Counted from the first letter of the stretch, positions 8,023 through 17,703 are shown. The stretch is DNA of 64,000 nucleotides from an uncultured Candidatus Saccharibacteria bacterium (GCA_964461915.1 CAYWVD010000001.1:661910-725909), one strand, 5' to 3'. The notes: a model not told the origin generated them from the sequence alone. Program-made: numbers and translations.

Positions 8023-10005
8023 TCAATCAAGTCTTATGGTGTTTCCCCAACCTTGGTAAATATCATTGTGGGTAAACAAAAGAATTTGTTGTTCTTTATT
8101 AAGATTTTGTAAAAGTTTTTGAGTGGCCATCAGTCTTTCTTTATCAAAAGAAACAAAAGTATCGTCAAGTATTATTGGAACTGATTCTCTAGGACTAATG
8201 AAATTTATAAATCCCAAACGGATTAAAAAATATATTTGATCAACTGTGCCAGTAGATAAAACACTTATAGGGTCCACCCAATCATTTTTCTCTTTTGAAA
8301 AAATTTCAATACTAAAATCATCCTCTATCTTTATATCACTATATCTTCCGTTAGTAATGAGTTTTAGATTTTCACTAATAGATTTTGAAGCTGATTCTTT
8401 AAAATTCTTAACAGTATTTTCAAATGCGAATCTTAAAGCTTCAATTGTCAATTCATATATCTCTTTCTTTTTTTTGAAATATTTAAGCTCTTCTTCAGTA
8501 TTCTCAATTTTTATTAACATTTCATTAAGATCTTCTTCATTAATTGAAAGATTGTTAAAACTTCCTTTTAAATATGTAATATCGCTTTCTGTTTCTGTGA
8601 CTTTAGTATTTATTTTGTCGTATTCTCTTTTACTTGAAATCAATTCGATCGGTGAAATTTCGGTAATGAGATATTCAGGATTCAAGTAGTTGATCTTCAA
8701 ACTTTCGGCATCTTTATATAGAGTTTTTCTGGTTTCTTTTAAATCTTCTAAAGAGGAATCTCCCAATATACCCTTTTCTTCTGATTCAAGAATCATTAAT
8801 TGATTTTTGATAGATTGTTGTGAAGATAATAATTTTTCAAAATCATCAGTAGTTTTGACCTTATATTTTTGAAAATATTGTTCGATATTTTTAAGGGGTT
8901 TGAATTTCTTTGAAAAAACGAATCTAAATAATATTGCTAAAGCCACAAATATAATCCCTATTATCAAAAACCAATTTTTATTTAAAATGATTTCAAAAAG
9001 AATTGATACTATTCCAGAAGCTAAAAATATTAACCAAAGGTAATTCTTTTTTGAATTTTCTTTCTCCAGTTCTATATTTTGATTAGAAAGTTTTAAGTAG
9101 TTTTTATAATCATTTTCGATTTCATCGGCTTCGTACTCAGAGAGTAAACCCATGTTTTTAGTTATTAACTCTTCAATTTCATCTATTCTTTTAAGCTTTT
9201 TATCAATTTCATCTATTTGTGCATTTATTTTATTACTCGACTCTTTAGCTTTAGCTATTTTTTCGTTTGATTCTATTAGTAATTCCAGGTCCCCTTGTTT
9301 CTTTTTTAATTCCGTTAAGTCCCTTTCTAAAATTTTTAATTTACCCTGGCTTGATGATTTTTCTTTTAATTGCACCTCTAGCATTGAATAATCCTTCTTT
9401 AGTTTTTCGATCTGGCTTGTCAGGCTTGGGATTTTACCCGGATTTGCTACCCACCTTTCGGAACCCCTTATAATTTGTTTAAGTTCTTTCTCAAGATATG
9501 AAATATTGTCTTGTATCGACACCGCTGAATCTGATTCTACAGACACATTTTGAATAGCATCTTTCAAATCGCCTCTATCTTGAATCACGGCAATTTCTCT
9601 TTGAGTTATAAATGCAGTATTTTTATAAAGCTCCTTTGAGCCAACCCCTATTTGAGAATTTAAAAATTTTGAAAATTCTGATTGGGTACGAATGGACTTA
9701 GTGTCCTCTCCATTCATTTCTAACGAAAGTTTTTCAAAATCTTTTGAAATAGAATATTTTTTATTTTTTCCTAATACAAAGTCCATTGTTATTAAACCAA
9801 GCGTAGATTCAAACCATGACTGAGTTTCTTTTACATCTTTGGTTTTTGACATTGAGTTTAGAAAAAGCGCATCAAGGATAGCTTTTACTACAGTACTTTT
9901 CCCTGCTTCATTATTTCCGATGATCACATTTATACCCGGCTTGAATTCTAACTCAAGCCCTTTAAACTTTTTGTATTTATCAATTTTTAGCTTACTTATG
10001 TTCAT
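8023..10005 (-). CDS. SbcC/Rad50-like SMC-type ATPase, unusually short, with two central TM helices (YhaN-like).
   Basis: N-terminal Walker A 'VIIGNNEAGKST' and C-terminal signature/D-loop region '...ILDDTFVSFD...LLFTHN'. Coiled-coil arms; mid-protein hydrophobic pair 'YLWLIFLASGIVSILFEII...WFLIIGIIFVALAILFRFVF'. It overlaps the sbcD-like gene by 4 bp. Confidence 0.65.
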   Translation of the reverse strand: MNISKLKIDKYKKFKGLELEFKPGINVIIGNNEAGKSTVVKAILDALFLNSMSKTKDVKETQSWFESTLGLITMDFVLGKNKKYSISKDFEKLSLEMNGEDTKSIRTQSEFSKFLNSQIGVGSKELYKNTAFITQREIAVIQDRGDLKDAIQNVSVESDSAVSIQDNISYLEKELKQIIRGSERWVANPGKIPSLTSQIEKLKKDYSMLEVQLKEKSSSQGKLKILERDLTELKKKQGDLELLIESNEKIAKAKESSNKINAQIDEIDKKLKRIDEIEELITKNMGLLSEYEADEIENDYKNYLKLSNQNIELEKENSKKNYLWLIFLASGIVSILFEIILNKNWFLIIGIIFVALAILFRFVFSKKFKPLKNIEQYFQKYKVKTTDDFEKLLSSQQSIKNQLMILESEEKGILGDSSLEDLKETRKTLYKDAESLKINYLNPEYLITEISPIELISSKREYDKINTKVTETESDITYLKGSFNNLSINEEDLNEMLIKIENTEEELKYFKKKKEIYELTIEALRFAFENTVKNFKESASKSISENLKLITNGRYSDIKIEDDFSIEIFSKEKNDWVDPISVLSTGTVDQIYFLIRLGFINFISPRESVPIILDDTFVSFDKERLMATQKLLQNLNKEQQILLFTHNDIYQGWGNTIRLD

Positions 10006-11105
10006 GACTTTTTCTTCAATAAATTAACCCCTAACTGAAGAGCTTCGTCTCCGATGTCGTTTGCAACTTCACCATTTTTAATTTTATCTTGGATGTATTT
10101 AACGAATTGGCCAATTACTAAATTTGAAGATTGTTGAAGTAATTCTGATTCTGAAAGCTCGATATGCGACTCGTCAACTATATTAATATAATAGAAAAAA
10201 TTACTTAAAGCCTCTTTAACCAGCATAATATCCAAATTCAAATCTATGTTTTTTATACCGGTAAATTTTAGGTTTAGAATGGAAAAATTATCTGAAAGAT
10301 TTTTGATCTTCGTGAGAAGCTCATTAATATCTGTTAAATTCGTTATATCAAATTCATTATTAATAATTTTTATTGAACCTATTTCAACTTCTCTTACAGA
10401 GAGTTTAGAATCGTTGATTTCGATATCTAAAATCTTGCCAGAACCTTTTTGATCCATGGATAGGATCTCTGGGCTACCCGAGTACCAAATATTTTCATCT
10501 ACTTTTAAAGTATTATGCCAGTCACCCATCGCAATGTAGTCAAACCCAAAACTTTTTAATTTATTTAAAGGAATCGTTCTAAGGACAGAGCTTCTACCCA
10601 TATCTATCGAGGCATGAATCAACCCGATATTGTATTGAAAGTCCTGATTCTTTTTAATTTTATTTAAATATTCATCTGAATCGCTTGGCATCTGCATATA
10701 TCCAACTATATTGCATGATAAATCATTCAGTTCAAGATTTTGAACCGGCTTTTGTGATAATGAGTGAATAAATGGATTCTGAGAAAAATCAAATTCGTAT
10801 GAAGTATAAATGCTTTGTTCACGATCATGATCATGATTACCTGGCAAAATCACTACATGTATCGATTTTTCTGCCAATAGTTTAAATTGATCTAATACAA
10901 AACTGACTGTGTATGAAGATGGATTTTTTATATCGAACAAATCTCCAGCAACTAAAAAGATGTCGACTTTGTTTTTAATGGCATAATCAACAGCTTTTAA
11001 AAAAGCTTTTAAAACCATCTTTTTATGCTCCGAAGATTTCTCGCCTAAAAATTTAAAGCTAGCGCCCAAGTGAATATCAGAAAGTTGTATTAATCTCAAT
11101 GACAT
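10002..11105 (-). CDS. sbcD: SbcD/Mre11-family calcineurin-like phosphoesterase nuclease.
   Basis: 367 aa with 'LIQLSDIHLG', 'FLVAGDLFD' and 'ILPGNHDH' metallophosphatase motifs, immediately upstream of the SbcC-like ATPase. Confidence 0.75.
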   Translation of the reverse strand: MSLRLIQLSDIHLGASFKFLGEKSSEHKKMVLKAFLKAVDYAIKNKVDIFLVAGDLFDIKNPSSYTVSFVLDQFKLLAEKSIHVVILPGNHDHDREQSIYTSYEFDFSQNPFIHSLSQKPVQNLELNDLSCNIVGYMQMPSDSDEYLNKIKKNQDFQYNIGLIHASIDMGRSSVLRTIPLNKLKSFGFDYIAMGDWHNTLKVDENIWYSGSPEILSMDQKGSGKILDIEINDSKLSVREVEIGSIKIINNEFDITNLTDINELLTKIKNLSDNFSILNLKFTGIKNIDLNLDIMLVKEALSNFFYYINIVDESHIELSESELLQQSSNLVIGQFVKYIQDKIKNGEVANDIGDEALQLGVNLLKKKS

Positions 11106-11162
11106 AAGAAGGATTGTATTTGATAGTTTAGTGTATATTAGAATCCCTTACTTTGTCTAAAT

Positions 11163-11651
11163 TTAAGGATCTTTTATACAAACATCATAGAAAATAACAG
11201 TAAACCCAGGCACTCTAAGATCATTATAACAGTCGTTATTTTCACTAATTATCAACTTCATTAAAGAAGCAACAATAGGATAAGAAAGAAAAAACAAAAT
11301 AAATCCGATTCCCCATTGGATCATTCTCTTTTGAGCATCTTCAGGATCAATCTTAATAATGTACTTCAACTCATCGTTATAGCTCATGAGGTATAACGAT
11401 CCATTAGTTAGTAAGAGTAAGAAGAAAACTATCCCCCCAATTGCCCATGCAGTCCCAATCAACTGGACGACCATTAACTGTGCGTCACGAATAGTTGCAG
11501 GATTACACTCGGGGTCAATAGAATTAGCAGAACAATCTCTAAAAGAAGGCTCTGGTTCGGCACTAGCACCTAATGAGTAAGTCGGAACAAGCCAGAAAAA
11601 AGTAAATACTAGAAATATTACAAAGATTTGAAATATTTTTTTATTGAACAT
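11163..11651 (-). CDS. Pilin-like membrane protein, paralog 6: signal peptide, Cys-containing N-terminal segment, two-helix hairpin.
   Basis: 162 aa. Signal peptide 'IFVIFLVFTFFWLVPTYSLGA', helix 'LIGTAWAIGGIVFFLLLL', loop '...IDPEDAQKRM', helix 'IGFILFFLSYPIVASLM'. Cys residues lie in the extracellular parts. Confidence 0.4.
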   Translation of the reverse strand: MFNKKIFQIFVIFLVFTFFWLVPTYSLGASAEPEPSFRDCSANSIDPECNPATIRDAQLMVVQLIGTAWAIGGIVFFLLLLTNGSLYLMSYNDELKYIIKIDPEDAQKRMIQWGIGFILFFLSYPIVASLMKLIISENNDCYNDLRVPGFTVIFYDVCIKDP

Positions 11652-11657
11652 TTTTTA

Positions 11658-12242
11658 CTAATTTTGTATTGTTTTACATTCAGTCGGAAGTTCTTTCAAT
11701 ATTGTAGAATCTGAAACATTTTGTCCTCTGTATCTATTACAGACTTCTTGGTATGCATCTTCACAAGTTGTGCAATCATCACTTGAAGTGTCTTCTCTAC
11801 AAGCCTTACAACCAACAGATTCTGCAGCAGAAATACATGTTTGAAATAATTCTGGATTTGTTGGTTTTGCCCCAAAAATCACGAAGACTAAAACTATACC
11901 GATGATAGCAATAATCATTGCAGCTAATCCAAAAAAGATTGCTTTAATAGATTTTTGCGCCTTCTCCATTTCGCCAGGGTCTCCCTCAGATTTAATATAT
12001 TTGAAAGCAGCAATTAAAGCGTAAACGACTGAAATTAAAACTAAGCCACCTAATACTAAAAACAATACTAGTTGGACACGGCTATTTATATAATCAGTAG
12101 CACAAATACCTCCTGGTCCTAGGATTTGTAATATATCCAATAATTGCTTTGGAAGAATACTAACAGCACCAACCAAAGTGCCTGAAATACCAAAAAAGAC
12201 TAGTAATCCTAGTAATACTTTAGAAAGCTTGAATTTTTTCAT
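11658..12242 (-). CDS. VirB2/TrbC-like pilin-fold membrane protein with Cys-rich C-terminal tail (paralog 5).
   Basis: 194 aa. Signal peptide; helix 'LVLFLVLGGLVLISVVYALIAAF'; loop 'KYIKSEGDPGEMEKAQKSIK'; helix 'AIFFGLAAMIIAIIGIVLVFVIF'; then a tail with 7 Cys. Confidence 0.45.
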   Translation of the reverse strand: MKKFKLSKVLLGLLVFFGISGTLVGAVSILPKQLLDILQILGPGGICATDYINSRVQLVLFLVLGGLVLISVVYALIAAFKYIKSEGDPGEMEKAQKSIKAIFFGLAAMIIAIIGIVLVFVIFGAKPTNPELFQTCISAAESVGCKACREDTSSDDCTTCEDAYQEVCNRYRGQNVSDSTILKELPTECKTIQN

Positions 12243-12325
12243 TAAAAAAATTTAATAATTTAATTTATTATAAATAGTAAAACCTAAGATGTCTAATAAT
12301 ATTTATGTCGATATCAATATTGACT

Positions 12326-12850
12326 TTAAAAATCTTCACACTCAGTCGTCCCCGATCCGGGATTAATTATGAAATGATATGTCCCAGACTTAAAATTCGC
12401 ATTCAGATACTCATTTGGCATTTGAGATACATTTTTTATTAAGCAACATTGAACATTTTCACCTGTGATACCCATCTGCTCTTGAGCAGCAATGTCCATA
12501 AAATAGAATCCACCCGTATTGTCATGACATTGAGCAAGCGTATAATTCCATTCGGTAAAATTTCCGACACCTAAAAAAGAACCAATAACCGATAAGACAG
12601 CAAAAAAAACCAAACCAACTGTGGCCGAAATCCATGTGTTTTTAATGAGTGTGAACCCTTCTTCCATGGCCTTTTCCATGCCACTTGTTGTTATTTTGTA
12701 GGCGGCAATAATAGTGAATACTATCCAAATAGCTAGCAACCCCATAAAGGCAAAGCTCAAAAGCCAGCCCACCCCGGCAGCAATTCCATTATCGAAAATT
12801 GTAGTGAAATTTGGTAATCCTAGATCTAAACCCAATGTAGGAAAATCCAT
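12326..12850 (-). CDS. VirB2/TrbC-like pilin-fold membrane protein with Cys-rich C-terminal tail (paralog 4).
   Basis: 174 aa. Helix 'WLLSFAFMGLLAIWIVFTIIAAY'; loop 'KITTSGMEKAMEEG'; helix 'ATVGLVFFAVLSVIGSFLGV'; then a C-terminal tail containing Cys (CC pair). Confidence 0.4.
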   Translation of the reverse strand: MDFPTLGLDLGLPNFTTIFDNGIAAGVGWLLSFAFMGLLAIWIVFTIIAAYKITTSGMEKAMEEGFTLIKNTWISATVGLVFFAVLSVIGSFLGVGNFTEWNYTLAQCHDNTGGFYFMDIAAQEQMGITGENVQCCLIKNVSQMPNEYLNANFKSGTYHFIINPGSGTTECEDF

Positions 12851-12866
12851 TTTTATTTAATAATAA

Positions 12867-13544
12867 TTAATTCGGAACCCACTTACCTTCCACGCAACTA
12901 TGCGAACCATCTTTATCTATTTGTTGCTCATAACAAACCCGGCCTGTATCAAATTCACTTACTTCTACTGTATAGCCACTCTTGGGAATAAAGGTAAAAT
13001 CAAATACAGAATCAGTTACGCCCAAGAAATTCGACAACAATTGAACAACTACAAAAGACATTATTACTATAATTGCCCCAATAATGGCATTGGTGTATAT
13101 TTTCCTTACTTCTTGAACTTTCTCAGGATTACCCTCTGACATTGCATGTTTATACCATCCATAAATTCCAAATAATACGACTCCCAAAGAAACCAATCCA
13201 AGGACAGCGTAAATTGCAGCCCTTAAATATATTAATAGCGCATCTGAACTTCCTACTTCAATTGGAATAGATAAGTCTTGATTCCAAACCATAGGAGAAT
13301 CAGTAGTACCATATTCACAGTATTGGCCTGCATCTACAATTGACCTCTTACATCTACTATTACAAATTGGCTTGCCCTCATCATCAAAAACACCTTCGCC
13401 AATAAGAAGTCTTCTGGCACATTCAGGGTCGACGATAAGATCTTCTGGACTATTTATAGATTCAGCATTAATTGGAAGTGTCGAAACCCGGAAGAATGAG
13501 GTTACGATTAAAAATATTCCGATTAAATTTAAAACTTTTTTCAT
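12867..13544 (-). CDS. VirB2/TrbC-like pilin-fold membrane protein with Cys-containing N- and C-terminal extracellular extensions (paralog 3).
   Basis: 225 aa. Signal peptide; Cys-rich segment; helix 'IYAVLGLVSLGVVLFGIYGW'; loop 'YKHAMSEGNPEKVQEVRK'; helix 'AIIGAIIVIMSFVVVQLL'. Confidence 0.45.
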   Translation of the reverse strand: MKKVLNLIGIFLIVTSFFRVSTLPINAESINSPEDLIVDPECARRLLIGEGVFDDEGKPICNSRCKRSIVDAGQYCEYGTTDSPMVWNQDLSIPIEVGSSDALLIYLRAAIYAVLGLVSLGVVLFGIYGWYKHAMSEGNPEKVQEVRKIYTNAIIGAIIVIMSFVVVQLLSNFLGVTDSVFDFTFIPKSGYTVEVSEFDTGRVCYEQQIDKDGSHSCVEGKWVPN

Positions 13545-13553
13545 AATATATAT

Positions 13554-13904
13554 TTAAAAACAACTTACTCCTAATAGTGCGCACATCGAATTAACAATGA
13601 CACCTGCCAAAGCAATGATTACAAAACCAATAATAGCGGATGTAATTATTTGCATGGACTTTTTTTCTTTTTCAGCATCCCCTGCTGCAGTCATTCTAGT
13701 AAAACCCGCGATGATCAATGCCGCAAGTAATCCGAGTGCTGTTAATGGGAAAATAATTCCAGTGAAAAATTTTATAACTGATGCTAAATCATTAAAGGGG
13801 CCAGGATTAGGAATCTCACTTGGATCTGAAGAAGATGTAGCCGAAACAGTAATTCCGGTGGTTATTAAAAAAGTTGAGATTAATAATAAAGATTTTTTAT
13901 ACAT
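13554..13904 (-). CDS. Minimal VirB2/TrbC-like pilin (paralog 2).
   Basis: 116 aa. Signal peptide 'LLLISTFLITTGITVSATSS'; helix 'FTGIIFPLTALGLLAALIIAGF'; loop 'TRMTAAGDAEKEKKS'; helix 'IITSAIIGFVIIALAGVIV'. This is the classic T4SS pilin topology. Confidence 0.5.
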   Translation of the reverse strand: MYKKSLLLISTFLITTGITVSATSSSDPSEIPNPGPFNDLASVIKFFTGIIFPLTALGLLAALIIAGFTRMTAAGDAEKEKKSMQIITSAIIGFVIIALAGVIVNSMCALLGVSCF

Positions 13905-13924
13905 TTAATTAATAAAATAAAATA

Positions 13925-15121
13925 TTAAAAATCATAAGGCAAAATGCCAAGTACATTTATTCCAATTATTCTAAGTATTAGTGTAGATGAAACCAATACT
14001 ATCGCACCAATTATTACAGACATAATGATATCCCAACTTTCTTGAATATCTTTTGGATCACCAGATTGTCTCAAAATGGCAGCCTGCATTAATCGAAGGA
14101 TCCCCACAGCACCTAGCACACCAATTGCTATTCTCATTATTGTAGTAACTAGTCCATTCATTGAAGTGTTTACACAGCCCAATGCAGAATAGACACAGGC
14201 ATCACATTCTTGTAGACAGCTTGTACAATTATTAAATTCCGCTGTGTCTTGGCCAAAAGCTTTGCATCCGATATATGCATTTAATTTATCTTTCCATTCG
14301 TCATACTCACCAGGAGTAAGAGCATCTCCGGCTACACAATAATATTCTCCACTACCCGTATTAAAAGGTGTGGGATCGGACCCGTCTTGGAAGCTACCAG
14401 ATGAAGTATCAGGGAAGCACTCAAGTCCTAATGAATTAATCTCGTCTTCAGTGTATGTACCCCTTCGAAGACCTGTAGCAGGATCGCCATCTTTAAAAAA
14501 ACAGTCCTGCATACCGCAAGTATATTTTGCTGTTGCTTCAAAAAAAACACCACTTAATTTACTAGCCGAATTTAAAGTTATTCTTGCGATAGGATCTTCA
14601 CCCTCATCACTTTCTGAACACCCTTCAAAACCTGTTCCTTTTAAGACTAAACCCGGATCTTTACAACAAAGCATATTGGTTCCAATCCAATTTTCGTATA
14701 AAAAAGGCCTATCAATTGAGCAACAGGCTTTATCTCCTTTATTAAAGGACATTGGCTCAAGGCCCTTTCTGCCTACAGCCGTGCCCACTGGACAATAGTG
14801 AAGGACTCCATTGCCAATGGCATCGTAGTTATGAATAGCTCCAACCTGAGTAAGATCTATGCACCATCCCTCACCATCTCTAATAAACTTATCCTCCCCT
14901 TTATACGGACTTTGAATCAAACCTGCAGCCTGAGCATCCTTTGGAGAAATTGTATTTTCTTCTGTGCACACAAATTGCCCAGACCATGCTTGATCAGTAC
15001 CTACAGTTGGTAAGACTCTTGGGTTTAATGGAGTATCAGCGAAAACTGAAGATGCATTTAAGTTAAGAACAAAAGCTAAGGGAACTACTAATAAAGATAA
15101 TAATCTTAAGAACTTCTTCAT
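13925..15121 (-). CDS. Secreted Cys-rich ectodomain (about 300 aa) fused to a C-terminal VirB2/TrbC-like two-helix hairpin (paralog 1).
   Basis: 398 aa. Signal peptide; over 25 Cys in the ectodomain; C-terminal 'TIMRIAIGVLGAVGILRLMQAAILRQSGDPKDIQESWDIIMSVIIGAIVLVSSTLILRIIG'. Confidence 0.45.
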   Translation of the reverse strand: MKKFLRLLSLLVVPLAFVLNLNASSVFADTPLNPRVLPTVGTDQAWSGQFVCTEENTISPKDAQAAGLIQSPYKGEDKFIRDGEGWCIDLTQVGAIHNYDAIGNGVLHYCPVGTAVGRKGLEPMSFNKGDKACCSIDRPFLYENWIGTNMLCCKDPGLVLKGTGFEGCSESDEGEDPIARITLNSASKLSGVFFEATAKYTCGMQDCFFKDGDPATGLRRGTYTEDEINSLGLECFPDTSSGSFQDGSDPTPFNTGSGEYYCVAGDALTPGEYDEWKDKLNAYIGCKAFGQDTAEFNNCTSCLQECDACVYSALGCVNTSMNGLVTTIMRIAIGVLGAVGILRLMQAAILRQSGDPKDIQESWDIIMSVIIGAIVLVSSTLILRIIGINVLGILPYDF

Positions 15122-17697
15122 TTTATTTCATATTCTCTTAAAGATTTAAATTCTATAATCCCACCAGATTCTAAGTCTTTTGAGATTATTAATTGAGCAA
15201 TTTTATCTTCGAGTTCATCTTGGATTACTCGATTTAACTCTCTTGCTCCATAAATTGGGTCGTAGCCCTCACTTACTATATCTTGCAATAATTTTTCTGA
15301 AAAATTCAACTCTATACCCTTATCTACTAGTGTAGCTTTAACTTTAAGCATTAGCAAGTTTGCAACCTGTAAGAGCTCAATAGGCCTTAAAGGTTTAAAC
15401 ATTATTACCTTATCAAATCTATTTAAAAATTCAATTCTGAAAATTTGTCTAATCTCTGGTAAAACAGATCTTGAAACATCTAAATATTTATAACCCTTAT
15501 TAATCAACTCTGCTATGCGATTTGAACATGCATTAGATGTCATTATAATAATTGTGTTTTTAAAACTTACTTTACGGCCAGATCCATCAGTAAGATGGCC
15601 CTCATCTAATACTTGCAAGAACAAATCTAAAACTTTGAAATTTGCTTTTTCAACTTCATCTAGTAGGATTAGGGAATACGGCTTACTTCGAACAGCATCG
15701 GTTAAAAATCCGCCCTCAAACTCCTCATCATTAGCTTCCCCTATTAATCTTTTCAAGTTTTCAGCTTCCTGATATTCTGACATATCCAGACGAATCATGA
15801 GTTTTTCATCGCCAAAATATTCCGCTGCAAGTGCCTTTGCAAGCTCTGTCTTACCGACCCCGGTTGGGCCAAAAAATAGAAAACTCGCTATTGGTTTGTT
15901 CGAATTTTGAAGACCAGCTCTTGCTCTTCGCATAGCATTAGATACGGCCTTAACAGCTTCGTCTTGATCAATTAGCCTTTTATGAATCTGATCTTCAAGT
16001 TTTATAAGTTTAGTAGATTCGGATTTAGTAAGGGCGCCAACATTTACGCCAACCTTTGCTGAAACGACCTCATCCACTTGGTGCTCTGATACAAATGAAA
16101 GCCCTTGAATTTGAGATTTAGAACAAGTTTCTTCAAGTAATTCTATAGCCTTATCAGGTAATACCCTATCGAATTGAAATTGATGTGATAGTTTTACGGA
16201 TTTAATTAATGAATCAAACTCAATATGTAGACTATATTTTTTTTCGAACGCAGGCACAACATCCATCAAGATCTGTAAAGCTACTTCGTCGGCTGGCTCA
16301 GCGATTTCAACTGTACCGAATAGAGTAGACAGAGATAATTGAGGTTCAATATTTTTTTTGTAGCCTTCGGGATTTGTCGAAGCTATAATCCTTAATTTGT
16401 AATTATCAATACCTTTAATAATCAAATTAATAATTTCTTGAGAATAGTCATTTCGAATATTAACTATTTGGTCAAAATCTTCGAGAACCAATACAATATT
16501 TCCGGCTTTATGAACTTCTTCGAGGACATTTTCGAGAATAGCTTTGAATTCGTTAATATCTTTTGATAAAGCAAATGCACGATTGAATTCAAAGCTAACT
16601 AGCCTTTTATCCTGTATTACTTTAGGAACATCTTCAACAACCATTTTTACACCAAGGCTTTTTATAAAAGTTGTTTTACCAACTCCTGGAGCCCCGATAA
16701 TTAATGTCGCACTAGCATCACCCTCTTGCACAAGCTGGATTAACTTTTCTAGCTCATTTTCGCGCCCAATTGAATATACAAATCCATCTTTAATAATTTC
16801 GGCAGTAAAATCTCGCGAATACTTTTGAAGAACAGGGCTAAATCTTGATGTAAAGCTTCTATTTACTGTATTTATTGGCTTTAATGCTGATCTTTCTTGA
16901 AATGTATTCTGATATTTAGTCCTTACGGATTCATTTTGAATCCAAAGCTTTAAGGAATTGACATTTTCAGCAGAAATTTCCCTCTTTAAAAGAATATTCT
17001 TTAAAGGTTTTTCGCATAAATACAAAAATACTGCGATTTCATCAAATCTCTCAAAATTTGAAGTTAGAGAAATTATAAAACCCTGTAAAAAAACTTCTTT
17101 GATCCAAATATCTTGATGAATATTCGATTCTAGTGCAAGTCTATTAGACATTTCTTTAAAATCTCTTAAGTTCACACCCAGTCTTGGAATTATCTTTTTT
17201 ACAGATTCTGTATCAAGAATGTAATCTAGTAGAATTTTTAAAAATTGATTTGGATCTTCTATTAAAACATCATCAAAAATATTTAAAAGCTCATTCGAAA
17301 TATAATTATCAATCTGAACTTCTGAAACTTCTTTATCATTAATTCTCTTCAAAAGAACGATCAAATTTTCTAAATGGTATTTATCATAATAATTTTCACG
17401 ATTTCTCTCTAGAAAAAACGCATATAAATAAAGTATAAAAGCACCCCAGAATATAATTCCTCCAAGAACTTTAATATTTAAAAAGTTCCAAATATAGAAT
17501 TCATTTATATTTATTAGATAGACAAAATCGACAAGCACGAGTACTGTAGCTATTATTCTTAGAAGTAATCCCAATCCTTTTTCAAATTTCTCTTTTTCTT
17601 GTCGATACCCATTATGTTTTAATAAGAAGTCCCAATCCACCTTGAGATCAACCCCACTCCAATTGCCTAAATTTTCAATACCCTTCAATATTTTCAT
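15118..17697 (-). CDS. Membrane-anchored ClpB/ClpC-like double AAA+ ATPase.
   Basis: 859 aa. N-terminal 2 TM helices ('LLLRIIATVLVLVDFVYL', 'GGIIFWGAFILYLYAFFL'); two Clp_N-like repeats; D1 Walker A 'IIGAPGVGKTT'; D2 'FFGPTGVGKTELAKALA...LLDEVEKA'; C-terminal ClpB_D2-small-like region. Only a short inter-domain linker is present, with no long M-domain. Stop and start overlap the adjacent pilin-like gene. Confidence 0.7.
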   Translation of the reverse strand: MKILKGIENLGNWSGVDLKVDWDFLLKHNGYRQEKEKFEKGLGLLLRIIATVLVLVDFVYLININEFYIWNFLNIKVLGGIIFWGAFILYLYAFFLERNRENYYDKYHLENLIVLLKRINDKEVSEVQIDNYISNELLNIFDDVLIEDPNQFLKILLDYILDTESVKKIIPRLGVNLRDFKEMSNRLALESNIHQDIWIKEVFLQGFIISLTSNFERFDEIAVFLYLCEKPLKNILLKREISAENVNSLKLWIQNESVRTKYQNTFQERSALKPINTVNRSFTSRFSPVLQKYSRDFTAEIIKDGFVYSIGRENELEKLIQLVQEGDASATLIIGAPGVGKTTFIKSLGVKMVVEDVPKVIQDKRLVSFEFNRAFALSKDINEFKAILENVLEEVHKAGNIVLVLEDFDQIVNIRNDYSQEIINLIIKGIDNYKLRIIASTNPEGYKKNIEPQLSLSTLFGTVEIAEPADEVALQILMDVVPAFEKKYSLHIEFDSLIKSVKLSHQFQFDRVLPDKAIELLEETCSKSQIQGLSFVSEHQVDEVVSAKVGVNVGALTKSESTKLIKLEDQIHKRLIDQDEAVKAVSNAMRRARAGLQNSNKPIASFLFFGPTGVGKTELAKALAAEYFGDEKLMIRLDMSEYQEAENLKRLIGEANDEEFEGGFLTDAVRSKPYSLILLDEVEKANFKVLDLFLQVLDEGHLTDGSGRKVSFKNTIIIMTSNACSNRIAELINKGYKYLDVSRSVLPEIRQIFRIEFLNRFDKVIMFKPLRPIELLQVANLLMLKVKATLVDKGIELNFSEKLLQDIVSEGYDPIYGARELNRVIQDELEDKIAQLIISKDLESGGIIEFKSLREYEIK

Positions 17698-17703
17698 AAA
17701 TAT

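Noticed and set aside
13597-14798. Plus-strand ORFs 13597-13908 and 14370-14798.
   Set aside because: They are antisense within the pilin-like genes, whose paralogy supports the minus-strand frames.
11163-15121. Interpretation of the six small membrane proteins as type IV (PilA-type) or Tad/Flp pilins.
   Set aside because: They have Sec-type N-termini, not class-III prepilin leaders (no G/F-T-L-I-E or G-XXXX-EY motif), and the two-helix hairpin fits VirB2/TrbC-type topology better.
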